Virus record (IMG/VR): IMGVR_UViG_3300030380_002955
Location: 1-50,100 of that record
Strand: one strand, 5' to 3'
DNA: 50,100 nt
Origin: a virus
Lineage: Duplodnaviria > Caudoviricetes
Shown: one piece after another, positions 10,042 to 19,036 of the stretch
Numbering within the stretch: the first letter of the stretch is position 1
How the letters are laid out: each line of letters starts with the position of its first letter
The notes under the pieces: model-generated
Database searches by the model: none
What the model saw: the letters and a program-made list of their open reading frames with translations, nothing else
What the model was told of the DNA's origin: nothing
Translations under genes and position numbers: made by a program

Positions 10042-10356
10042 ATGGCAAAAAAATCATTACAGAAAAATAGCAAATATAATGAATATGACATTGATGGAGA
10101 TGGTGTTGTTACAGATGCCGAGCTTGAAAATGCTAAATCTATCAAAGAAACAGAACAACTTCTAAGAAAACAACTGGCTCAATTGAGAATTGCACGATAT
10201 ACACTAATTGGTATGGGTGTGTTTACAGTAGCTTGTTTCTTTATTCCTCTAGATAGGCTAGAAGCGATGAGTGATATATCTAATCTTTTTTACATTTCTG
10301 GTGCTGGAATAGTAGGTGCATATATGGGTGCATCGGCTTTTATGAGTAGAAAATAA
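10042..10356 (+). CDS. Membrane protein with EF-hand-like loop (holin-like)
   Basis: DIDGDGVVTDAE loop plus two hydrophobic segments; lies in the lysis cluster. Confidence 0.6.
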   Translation: MAKKSLQKNSKYNEYDIDGDGVVTDAELENAKSIKETEQLLRKQLAQLRIARYTLIGMGVFTVACFFIPLDRLEAMSDISNLFYISGAGIVGAYMGASAFMSRK

Positions 10357-10568
10357 TGTTTAAGGCTTTGGTAACTATTTGTGTAATAGGAATACCAAAT
10401 AATTGTCAAGTCCTAGAGGATCAACTGGGACCATATGAAACAGAGTTTGAGTGTAAACAAAGAGCTTTAGCAATTAGTAGACAAGTGCATCAATATTATC
10501 CATTATGGAAATCAACAAAATATAGATGCCAAAAACTACCTGTAGGGAGGCTGAAATGGAAAATATGA
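10356..10568 (+). CDS. Small Cys-containing hypothetical protein
   Basis: TAATG coupling to the upstream gene; GPY.T...C motif. Confidence 0.55.
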   Translation: MFKALVTICVIGIPNNCQVLEDQLGPYETEFECKQRALAISRQVHQYYPLWKSTKYRCQKLPVGRLKWKI

Positions 10569-10702
10569 TATTAGATGCATGGAATGATCTTAGTTATCTA
10601 GAAGGTGCATTATTTACATTGTGGTTATTTATCCTTTATTATGGTAAAGTTTGGATAGATAGCAAGTTTAGAAGAAAGGAATGCAAATGCTCACCGCACT
10701 AA
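10556..10702 (+). CDS. 48-aa single-pass membrane protein (not in ORF track)
   Basis: RBS GGGAGG; MENMILDAWNDLSYLEGALFTLWLFILYYGKVWIDSKFRRKECKCSPH. Confidence 0.55.
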   Translation: MENMILDAWNDLSYLEGALFTLWLFILYYGKVWIDSKFRRKECKCSPH

Positions 10703-11094
10703 TCGGGCCAGTTTCAAACCTTCTTGGTAAATTTATTGAGGATAAAGACCAAAAGAACAAGTTGGCACACGATCTAGCCACTATTGCACAGAAACACGCT
10801 CAGGAACTTGCAAAAGGTCAAATAGAGGCTAACGTACAACAAGCGAAACATCCTAGCTTATTTGTTGCAGGAGCACGACCAGCGATTATGTGGATATGTG
10901 CTTTAGGTTTATTTACACAGTTTTTTATTATGCCTATAGCAGAATGGGCAACAAGTGTCTGGGCTCCAGAGGTTTTGCTTCCAGAACTTAATACTGGTGA
11001 ACTTATGACTTTAACGCTTTCGCTTCTGGGACTTGGTGGCATGAGATCATTTGAAAAAACAAAAGGTATAGCCAGAGAGAATATGAAAAAGTGA
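10687..11094 (+). CDS. Holin (3TM, GTA-holin-like)
   Basis: S.FVAGARPAI.W and LLGLGGMRSFEK motifs; likely start ATG 10687. Confidence 0.8.
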   Translation: MLTALIGPVSNLLGKFIEDKDQKNKLAHDLATIAQKHAQELAKGQIEANVQQAKHPSLFVAGARPAIMWICALGLFTQFFIMPIAEWATSVWAPEVLLPELNTGELMTLTLSLLGLGGMRSFEKTKGIARENMKK

Positions 11095-11192
11095 TGTGGA
11101 CATGGTTGAAATTGTCAAAATTCTTTAATAAAATTGGTAATTATTTTTATTATCGTCATGTACAATGTGTAAAACGTAGGCAAGGTAAATAA
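11094..11192 (+). CDS. 32-aa cationic amphipathic peptide (not in ORF track)
   Basis: MWTWLKLSKFFNKIGNYFYYRHVQCVKRRQGK; TGATG overlap with the holin and TAATG overlap with the lysozyme. Confidence 0.55.
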   Translation: MWTWLKLSKFFNKIGNYFYYRHVQCVKRRQGK

Positions 11193-11635
11193 TGGACATA
11201 GATAAATTAAAAAACGAATTGATAGCCGATGAAGGAGTAAAATACGAAATATACTTAGATCATTTAGGTTACAAAACTTTTGGCTGCGGGCATTTATGTA
11301 AAGCTACAGATCCAGAGAATGATATGGATGTAGGCACAGAAGTAAGCGAAGAAAGAGTTAGCGAGTGTTTTGAGCAAGATTTAGAGAAGGTTATTGAAGA
11401 TTGCAGAATACTATATGAACATTTTGATGATCTTCCAGAAGATGCAAAAAGAATAATTGCAAATATGATGTTTAATCTGGGCCGCCCAAGATTGACCAAA
11501 TTTCGTAAAATGTATGAAGCCGTGATGGATGCGAACTGGATTGAAGCCGCAATTCAAATGGAAGACTCAAAATGGGCAAGACAGGTTCCAAATAGAGCAC
11601 AAAGACTTTGTGAGAGAATGAGGAATGTAGCATAA
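11192..11635 (+). CDS. Endolysin, T4-lysozyme-like (GH24)
   Basis: E-x8-D-x5-T catalytic motif (DEGVKYEIYLDHLGYKT), NM.FNLG, SKW..Q.PNRA. Confidence 0.9.
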   Translation: MDIDKLKNELIADEGVKYEIYLDHLGYKTFGCGHLCKATDPENDMDVGTEVSEERVSECFEQDLEKVIEDCRILYEHFDDLPEDAKRIIANMMFNLGRPRLTKFRKMYEAVMDANWIEAAIQMEDSKWARQVPNRAQRLCERMRNVA

Positions 11636-13518
11636 TGCCTTTAGTACCATTACAATTTAAAGCTGGAATAGTAAAAGACATAACAGAATATGCTTCTGGT
11701 CAAGCTGGTTTTTATACAGATGGTAATCTTGTTAGATTTAGAAATGGCTTTCCAGAAAAAGTAGGTGGATGGCTAGAAGAAACATATGCATTCACTGCAG
11801 ATCAAGACACTCCAACAACTGTAACTGGTAAGCCAAAACATTTAGTGGCTTGGAGAGCTATATCAGATAGTTTTGATAGAATTATTGTAGGTACACATAA
11901 TCATTTGTATGTAATTAATAATGGCGTATTTAATGATATTACACCATTAAGAAAGACAACTAGCAATATGACTAATCCTTTAGTAGTGACTAATGGTAGT
12001 TCAGTTGTAACTGTTACAGATACAAGTCATGGTGCACAAACTAATGATTTTATAGTTATCAAGGATGCGACTGCAGTTGGTGGGATAAGTGCAGATACTT
12101 TAAACAGACTAGAAGGCTACCAAATAACTAAGGTAGATGATAACACATACACATTTGTAGCTGGTAGCCAAGCAAGTAGTGGAGCAACTGGTGGTGGAAC
12201 TGCAATAGATATACAATATTTAATTGGCAATTCAGAAGGCGTAGGTTTTGAAAGTTCAGATCCAGCACTTGGATATGGTGTTGGGTCTTGGGGTGAAGGC
12301 ACTTGGGGTACTGCTAGAGATGTGGCATCAAGCAGTGTAAGTATAGATGCGACTAATTGGTCACTTGAATTATTTGGTGAAGATGTGCTTATAAATAACA
12401 GAGGTGGTAGATTATATTATTGGGATACGTCTTTAGGAGATGATGCTAGAGCAGTATTAGCCTCTTCTTTGTCTGGTGCCAGTGGTATACCTACAAAAAT
12501 AAGAACAATAGCAGTGTCTTTTCCAGATCGTCATGTAATAGCTGGGGGAACAAATGATTTAACTAATGGTGAAATAGATCCAATGTTAGTAAGATTTTCA
12601 GATCAAGAAGATTTTACAGTATTTACGCCTACATCCACCAATACTGCAGGTGACCAAAGGCTTGAAATAGGCTCAAAAATAATTGCACTAACACCTACAA
12701 AAGATGAGATGTTTATACAAACTGATGAAGCCGCATATGGTATGAACTTTGTCGGGCCGCCCTTTACGTTTTCTTTTAGACTTTTAGCAGTGAATTGTGG
12801 AGCAGTAGCTTTACATGGAACTGCTAATGTTGATGGAGATGTTTATTGGATAGGTAGGAGCAATTTCTTTGTTTATGATGGCGTAATAAAAGAGTTACCA
12901 TGTTCAGTGCAGTATTATGTATTTGATAGAATGCAAAAAAGATATTTTGATAAAATATATGTAGGTCACAATAAAAAATATAATGAAGTGACTTGGTTCT
13001 ATGTCAGCGAAGATAATACAGTAGAAGACAACCCAGAGCCTGATAGTTATGTAACATTCAATTATCAAGATGGTGCTTGGACTATTGGATCTTTAGCAAG
13101 GAACGTATGGCATGATGCACAAGGCTTTAGACAAGTGCCTTTTGCTTTTGACGCTGATGGTAAATTATATAATCACGAAACTGGAACTAGTGATAATGGT
13201 AGTGCCATGAATGCACACATAGAATCAGGTGATGTAGAATTAGATTCTGCAGGAGAAAATTTGTTTTTAGTTGATAAAATAATTCCAGATGCAACCATGA
13301 ATAGTAACACAAATCTGTTTATACAACTTAAAACAAGAAAGTATCCTAACGCTACAGAAATTACAAAGGGTGCATTTACAGTAACTTCAGAGACACAAAA
13401 GATAAGCACAAGAGCAAAAGGTAGGCAAATGGCTATTAGATTTTTTAGTACTGGAACACAAGATCAATGGTTACTAGGCGATTTTAGAATAAACGCTAGA
13501 AAAGATGGTATGAGATGA
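11635..13518 (+). CDS. Tail hub/nozzle (P22 gp10 / tail tubular B-like) with beta insertion
   Basis: 627 aa; VRF..G.PEK.GGW, RFSDQED..TPT.TNTAG, C.V..YVF, W..G.L.R..W. Confidence 0.75.
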   Translation: MPLVPLQFKAGIVKDITEYASGQAGFYTDGNLVRFRNGFPEKVGGWLEETYAFTADQDTPTTVTGKPKHLVAWRAISDSFDRIIVGTHNHLYVINNGVFNDITPLRKTTSNMTNPLVVTNGSSVVTVTDTSHGAQTNDFIVIKDATAVGGISADTLNRLEGYQITKVDDNTYTFVAGSQASSGATGGGTAIDIQYLIGNSEGVGFESSDPALGYGVGSWGEGTWGTARDVASSSVSIDATNWSLELFGEDVLINNRGGRLYYWDTSLGDDARAVLASSLSGASGIPTKIRTIAVSFPDRHVIAGGTNDLTNGEIDPMLVRFSDQEDFTVFTPTSTNTAGDQRLEIGSKIIALTPTKDEMFIQTDEAAYGMNFVGPPFTFSFRLLAVNCGAVALHGTANVDGDVYWIGRSNFFVYDGVIKELPCSVQYYVFDRMQKRYFDKIYVGHNKKYNEVTWFYVSEDNTVEDNPEPDSYVTFNYQDGAWTIGSLARNVWHDAQGFRQVPFAFDADGKLYNHETGTSDNGSAMNAHIESGDVELDSAGENLFLVDKIIPDATMNSNTNLFIQLKTRKYPNATEITKGAFTVTSETQKISTRAKGRQMAIRFFSTGTQDQWLLGDFRINARKDGMR

Positions 13519-13679
13519 TTAGGCTTCCATCACCTACAGGAATAGATAATTATCTTAGATGGGCAAGACAACTTATCCAATCTCTAGAATTACAACAAAA
13601 ATCAAATGAACTTACCACAAGTGGTGCAACAAAAGATGCAGAAAATAAATCAGAAGCAGTGAGTTGGTTTAATGGCTAA
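13515..13679 (+). CDS. 54-aa protein (not in ORF track)
   Basis: ATGA overlap; MIRLPSPT...LIQSLE..., fills the gap between tail genes. Confidence 0.55.
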   Translation: MIRLPSPTGIDNYLRWARQLIQSLELQQKSNELTTSGATKDAENKSEAVSWFNG

Positions 13680-13995
13680 TAATTACAAAAATGCAAAGGT
13701 AGATTTAGTAAATACAAATGTAACTACATTATATACTGCTCCAGCCGCACACACTGCAATATTTAAATCTATACTTGTTTCTAACGATAGTGGTAGCTCT
13801 GATACAATCACCTTGACAATTACTGATAGTGCCAGTGCAGTTTTTAGTGTATATAAGGTAAAGAGTGTAGCGTCAAACGCCACAGAAGAATTGCTAACAC
13901 AACCATTGGTTGTTATGGAGAGTGAAATTTTAAAGGTTACTGCAGGAGCATCAAATAGACTTCACGTTGTTGGCAGTTTCTTAGAGATTACATAA
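13672..13995 (+). CDS. Small virion structural protein
   Basis: MANNYKN, LYTAP, beta-sandwich-like pattern. Confidence 0.6.
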   Translation: MANNYKNAKVDLVNTNVTTLYTAPAAHTAIFKSILVSNDSGSSDTITLTITDSASAVFSVYKVKSVASNATEELLTQPLVVMESEILKVTAGASNRLHVVGSFLEIT

Positions 13996-14005
13996 GGAGA
14001 GTTTT

Positions 14006-15397
14006 ATGGCAGTAGATGACGAATTTGGTGTATTTAACAATATTTTAAATCTTGATGGCACTACATCAAACGATGATGATGACAATATTCCAATCAACTA
14101 CAATGTCTATCAAGTAAAGTCACAAACTCCAACTATGTCAGATCAAGACATACAAAGACTATATGGTACAGATGCTTTTCCAGTATTTCAATGGGCAAAG
14201 AAGATAAAGACTGGAGAAAGAACATATAAACCAGGCGATGAATATGACGAAGACATGATGGAAAAGTACAGAAAGATTGGTAACTTACCACCTGGATTTT
14301 TATCAGCACAAGAGATTATAGCACAACAAGCCTTACAAGGAACTGCAGGACAAATTGGTACAATGGTTGGGTCTAGCATAGGTGCAGAAATATCAAACCC
14401 ATATGCGACTGGTGATATGCTAGATAAGATTGGCAGTGGTATTATGAAGACTGGGCGAGATACTACACTTGAACAAATAAACAATGCAAGATTTGGTAAC
14501 TTGCCAGAAAAATCACAAAATTTAATAAAATCCTTTGGTTTAGAAGATAATTATATAAGAGAACTTAGTAGTGAGAAGTTAGCTAAAGCAACTGGAAATT
14601 TAGCTCAATTTGAAAGAGGAAAAGCCACTGGAACATTACTTGAAACTTCTAAAGGTAGTGGAACATTTGTACCTACAGATGATTTTGGTAAAGCAAGAAA
14701 TTTTGCATATGGCGATGAGACTAGTGGTTTTCCAGAAGGATTTGACCCAACATTAGATAGCAAAGATGGTTTAGCTCCATTAAACACTGTTACAGAGGCA
14801 TCAACTTTAGGCACTGTTACTGACAGATTAAATCCTTTTACAGATGCTGGATCAGCAAATGTAACATCTAGTGGAGTAGGTGCTGGACTTAACTTTGTTA
14901 GCAGAGTTGCCTCTGGACAAGATATAGATGATGCCGCAAAGTCAGCCGCAGATGCTGGATTGGTACAATATGCAACAACTGCACTACTAGCCGCAACACC
15001 ACTAGCACCATTCTCAACTATAATAGGTGGCGTTGTTGGTGGTTTTGTAGGTAGAGTTATATGTAACGAACTTATGAGACAAGGCATAATGGATAGAAAA
15101 CAAGTGGTATTAGACTACAAGTTTACTAGAGATTATCTAACACCAACTCATGTATCAGGTTATCATGTATGGGCAGTATGGATGGTCAAGCAAATGAGAA
15201 AAGGTAGACTAGTTGGACTTTGGTCACATATAGCAGGGCATAGAGCTAAAGAAATAGCTTATATTTATGGCGAAAGAGACAAGCCAGATTACTTAGGTAA
15301 ATTATATAGAAAAATCCTAGAGCCTATCTGTTGGACTATAGGTACTTTTTGTAAAGAAACAGATTGGTCAATATTATATAGAAAGAAGGAGGTCTAA
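14006..15397 (+). CDS. Putative internal virion protein with C-terminal IC-x-x-L...GY-x-x-W domain
   Basis: RBS AAGGAG; hydrophobic Gly-rich stretch then VICNELMRQG...GYHVWA. Confidence 0.55.
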   Translation: MAVDDEFGVFNNILNLDGTTSNDDDDNIPINYNVYQVKSQTPTMSDQDIQRLYGTDAFPVFQWAKKIKTGERTYKPGDEYDEDMMEKYRKIGNLPPGFLSAQEIIAQQALQGTAGQIGTMVGSSIGAEISNPYATGDMLDKIGSGIMKTGRDTTLEQINNARFGNLPEKSQNLIKSFGLEDNYIRELSSEKLAKATGNLAQFERGKATGTLLETSKGSGTFVPTDDFGKARNFAYGDETSGFPEGFDPTLDSKDGLAPLNTVTEASTLGTVTDRLNPFTDAGSANVTSSGVGAGLNFVSRVASGQDIDDAAKSAADAGLVQYATTALLAATPLAPFSTIIGGVVGGFVGRVICNELMRQGIMDRKQVVLDYKFTRDYLTPTHVSGYHVWAVWMVKQMRKGRLVGLWSHIAGHRAKEIAYIYGERDKPDYLGKLYRKILEPICWTIGTFCKETDWSILYRKKEV

Positions 15398-15399
15398 CT

Positions 15400-15732
15400 A
15401 TGGCTGAAGAAATGAATAATATGGGTGAAAACCCACCTATGGAAAGCCAAATGCAAATGGGTGCTGAACAAGAGGCAAGGCAAAAGATTATGGGGTCTTC
15501 CAATACAGTTGCAACCATTCTTATGTCTAGACTTATGGAAATGTCACCAAATGAATTACAAATGCTAGATAAGGCTATTACGCCAGACGTAGCAAAAGTA
15601 TTGATTAAATTACTTCCAGAGTTAAAAGATTTAATTGATGCAGTTGAGCAAGGTGGTGTTGCAGATGCAATGCCTGAAGATCAGAAGATGGATGATATGC
15701 CAGAGCAAATGGGTGCTTTAGGCAGTATGTAA
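15400..15732 (+). CDS. Met/Glu-rich protein ending in MGALGSM
   Basis: RBS AAGGAGG; TAATG coupling to the GNAT gene. Confidence 0.6.
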   Translation: MAEEMNNMGENPPMESQMQMGAEQEARQKIMGSSNTVATILMSRLMEMSPNELQMLDKAITPDVAKVLIKLLPELKDLIDAVEQGGVADAMPEDQKMDDMPEQMGALGSM

Positions 15733-16166
15733 TGATAAGAAGAGCTAATGTTTTAGATACGTCAGCCTTAATCTTTATGTTAAATGAGATGCATAAAGAG
15801 ACAGAAGTTGAAGTTCCTAAGATAAATACTCATAAGTTAATAAATAAAATAAATGATTTATTGCATAGGGGTTTGGTTTTAGTGGCAGTAAAAGACAATA
15901 AAATAGTTGGATCAATAGCTGGAATGGAAGTTACTGACTGGTGGTCTGACGAAAAATATATTTCTGACACTTGGTTTTACGTCTTTCCAAACGAAAGAAA
16001 ATCAAATTTTGCAAAAAATTTATGTATTGACTTTATAAAAATAGCAAAAGAGGCTAAACTAAAAGTTAGATTAGGTCATATTTTTTCTGGTGATTTAGAA
16101 CGAAAAGATAATTTTTATTCTAAATTAGATCTAGTTAAGATAGGATCAACTTATATGGAGAAATAA
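15732..16166 (+). CDS. GNAT-family acetyltransferase
   Basis: MIRRA, IVG.I, FYV.P..RKS..A..L, FY.KL motifs. Confidence 0.8.
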   Translation: MIRRANVLDTSALIFMLNEMHKETEVEVPKINTHKLINKINDLLHRGLVLVAVKDNKIVGSIAGMEVTDWWSDEKYISDTWFYVFPNERKSNFAKNLCIDFIKIAKEAKLKVRLGHIFSGDLERKDNFYSKLDLVKIGSTYMEK

Positions 16167-16167
16167 T

Positions 16168-17391
16168 ATGGGCAGTGCTTGTACAGTTGGAACTACACCT
16201 TTACCAGATCCAAAGAAGGTAATTAGTGGCACAGATATACCAGAATGGGTTTCGGCAGCGGGTAGAAGACTGTATGAACAAAGTGAAGAATTAGCTACCC
16301 AAGACTTTCCAGAATATACTGGACCCAGAATTGCTACATACGGAGAAGATGGTAGTAAACTTACTGAACGAGAGCAAACTGGTCTAGATTTATTAGCAGA
16401 AGGCACTGATTCATTTCAAAGCTACTTAGACAATGCAGAAACTATGGCTGGAACTCTAGGTGGTGGGTTTAATGCTGGAACATTTACTGCTGGTGACCCA
16501 AATGTAATTGTAGGCGAAAGTTTTCAAGCACCTACATTTCAAGATAGCAACACATTTGATAGAACATTTGAGTATGATCAATTTAATCCTGATATGGCAA
16601 GGCAGTATCAAAATATATTTCAAACGTCAGTTGATCCAGCGTTAGAAGAATTAAACAGACAAAGGGATCTAAGACAAACACAAAACTCTGCAGATGCAAT
16701 AAGAGCAGGGGCATTTGGTGGATCTAGATTAGGTTTAAGAGAAGCAACTACTGATGCAGAAATAGCAAGAGCAGGATCTGATTTAAGAAGACAAGCTGGA
16801 AGAGAAGGTCTGCAGTTCGCAACACAAAGGTATGATACTGATAGGACATTTGACGCTAATAGATTTGATACAGATAGAAGAAACTTTGAAGCTGATAGAG
16901 CCTATGATAGAGGTGCATTTGAATCAGATAGAGCATTTGATGCAAGCAGATTTGATGCTGATAGAGCCGCTAGATTTGGTGCTGAAGATCAAAGAAGAGC
17001 AGGATTTGAAACTGCAGAAGCCGCAAGACTTAGAGGTTTTGAGACTGATGAAGCTAGTAGATTAAGAGCCGCAGAAACATTACAAAGTTTTGCACCTTTG
17101 GCACAAAGTCTTCAAGAACAAGCCGCATCTGGATTATTGACTGCTGGACAAGCTCAAAGACAATTAGACCAAAGAGCTTTAGATTTAGCTTATGGAGATT
17201 ATTTAGAACAACGACAATACCCACAAGAACAATTAAACTTTGCTTTGGGTGCTTTACAAGGTGTGCCATATAACACTAGAACAATAGGTCTAGAGCAAGG
17301 TATGCAGTATGCACAAACACCAAGTATTTATGGACAAACAATAGGTGGACTAGGATCACTAGCTAGTGCCTATTATTTAGCTAATAGATAG
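16168..17391 (+). CDS. Ejection/DNA-transfer protein (pilot-like)
   Basis: IP.WV, Y.GPRIA, AGAFGGSR, QRQLDQ..LD, hydrophobic C-terminus; internal F-[DE]-x-D-R repeats. Confidence 0.7.
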   Translation: MGSACTVGTTPLPDPKKVISGTDIPEWVSAAGRRLYEQSEELATQDFPEYTGPRIATYGEDGSKLTEREQTGLDLLAEGTDSFQSYLDNAETMAGTLGGGFNAGTFTAGDPNVIVGESFQAPTFQDSNTFDRTFEYDQFNPDMARQYQNIFQTSVDPALEELNRQRDLRQTQNSADAIRAGAFGGSRLGLREATTDAEIARAGSDLRRQAGREGLQFATQRYDTDRTFDANRFDTDRRNFEADRAYDRGAFESDRAFDASRFDADRAARFGAEDQRRAGFETAEAARLRGFETDEASRLRAAETLQSFAPLAQSLQEQAASGLLTAGQAQRQLDQRALDLAYGDYLEQRQYPQEQLNFALGALQGVPYNTRTIGLEQGMQYAQTPSIYGQTIGGLGSLASAYYLANR

Positions 17392-17401
17392 GAATAATTA
17401 G

Positions 17402-19027
17402 ATGGCAAAAGTTACTCTGAATCAAAATGACATAGATAATTTTTCAGAAGACCAAAGAATTTTATTTAGAGAACAACTTGGTGTGAATAAAATACTGCCT
17501 GGAACGTATTTCTATGGTGCAGATAATGATGATATTTTTACTGCAGATAAAAAAGAACCAAGTGGTATATTAAGATATGAAGATAATCCAGGAATAAAAC
17601 CAGTTTTTGTATCTAGTAAAAACACAGATAGTTTTATAGATAAAAATAATGCTTTACGACCAGGTGAAAGAACTACATTTGGAAGTTCAGCTACAAATCC
17701 ATATATGGACTTTAATGCACTAGGATCATTTGGTAAGTTTATGAAACCAGCCATGATGATAATGGATCAAGCCTACAGTTCTGTAGATAGAGAGCCTACC
17801 CAAAGAGAAAAAAATATAAATTTAGGAAGAAATGCATTACAGTTTTTTACTAATTTGTCAATTGCATCATCCCAACCAGGTGCAACTTTAGTTGGTGCTG
17901 GAGTCCAAGCTGGAGCTAAAGTGGCTCAAGACTATCTAGATAGAACATTGAAAAAAGAACAAGATGACAAGAAATTAGAACAAGCTAAAAAAACTGGTGC
18001 AATATCTCTTGGTATGCAACTATTTACAGCGGATAATAAGTTAAAACAACTACAAGCAAAGCCTAAAACATTTAAGGGTGCGAGTAGAGGTGATTTAGTC
18101 AGATATATGAGTAAAGAAGATGCTGAAAAATATTTTTTAAATTATGGAATGAAAAGAGACAACCCAAATTTTGACGATGCAGTTTCAAAACTACTTGCAC
18201 CTAGACCAGAATTAATAGGTCAGTACATTAAGGATGATACTGGAAAACAATTAGAATTATTGCCAGTATATAAAGGTGATGAAATTGTCAGATTTAATTT
18301 ATCTGCTCAAACTGGTGCTGAACCTGGATTAGATTTTAAGGGTAAAACGAAAAGAATAGAAAATATAAATTTGAAAATATTACCTAATCTTACTAAAGCT
18401 AGAGTTGACCTTCTTCCAAAAGCAGAATTGGCTATGCAATTACTTATGGGTGGAGAGCAAACAGGTAGATATCTTAGTGCTCTTAAATCATTTAAAGAGT
18501 TTTATGCTGGATTTTTTAATCTAGGCACAAAAGATCTTGAAGGTATGCAATTATTAGAAAGTATATCTAATCAATTAGCACCAGGAATGAGAGAAGCTGG
18601 ATCGGGCCCGATGTCTGATAAAGATTTGGAAGTTTTCAAAAGTGCTATTTTAACTTTAGATAACACTCCATATGCAAACTATATATCTCTTTATACATTT
18701 TCTAGAGCTAAACAAAACATGATTAAAATGATAACGGCAGAGCAAGAGATGTTGCAAAGTCCAAATAAGTTTTCTCAAGCAGATATTAATAAAAGATTGG
18801 AAGAAATAGATACTGGAATATACAGACGATTTGTAAATAAAAAAGATGGCGAAAGACTATATGACGATGAAATAGAAGATGAAAATGGTCTTACAGAGGA
18901 AGATAGAGCAGTACAAGCATGGGAAAAGACATTAAAGAAAGGTGATGTGGTTTTAAATAGAGATGATTTTGGTAATGAACTATATCAAGGAAAAAGAACA
19001 TTAATCGTTATTGGCGGCCCGTTCTAA
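17402..19027 (+). CDS. Ejection/DNA-transfer protein (P22 gp20-like)
   Basis: Helical; GSGPMSDKDL motif; position in the ejection cluster. Confidence 0.55.
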   Translation: MAKVTLNQNDIDNFSEDQRILFREQLGVNKILPGTYFYGADNDDIFTADKKEPSGILRYEDNPGIKPVFVSSKNTDSFIDKNNALRPGERTTFGSSATNPYMDFNALGSFGKFMKPAMMIMDQAYSSVDREPTQREKNINLGRNALQFFTNLSIASSQPGATLVGAGVQAGAKVAQDYLDRTLKKEQDDKKLEQAKKTGAISLGMQLFTADNKLKQLQAKPKTFKGASRGDLVRYMSKEDAEKYFLNYGMKRDNPNFDDAVSKLLAPRPELIGQYIKDDTGKQLELLPVYKGDEIVRFNLSAQTGAEPGLDFKGKTKRIENINLKILPNLTKARVDLLPKAELAMQLLMGGEQTGRYLSALKSFKEFYAGFFNLGTKDLEGMQLLESISNQLAPGMREAGSGPMSDKDLEVFKSAILTLDNTPYANYISLYTFSRAKQNMIKMITAEQEMLQSPNKFSQADINKRLEEIDTGIYRRFVNKKDGERLYDDEIEDENGLTEEDRAVQAWEKTLKKGDVVLNRDDFGNELYQGKRTLIVIGGPF

Positions 19028-19036
19028 GGAGTAACT

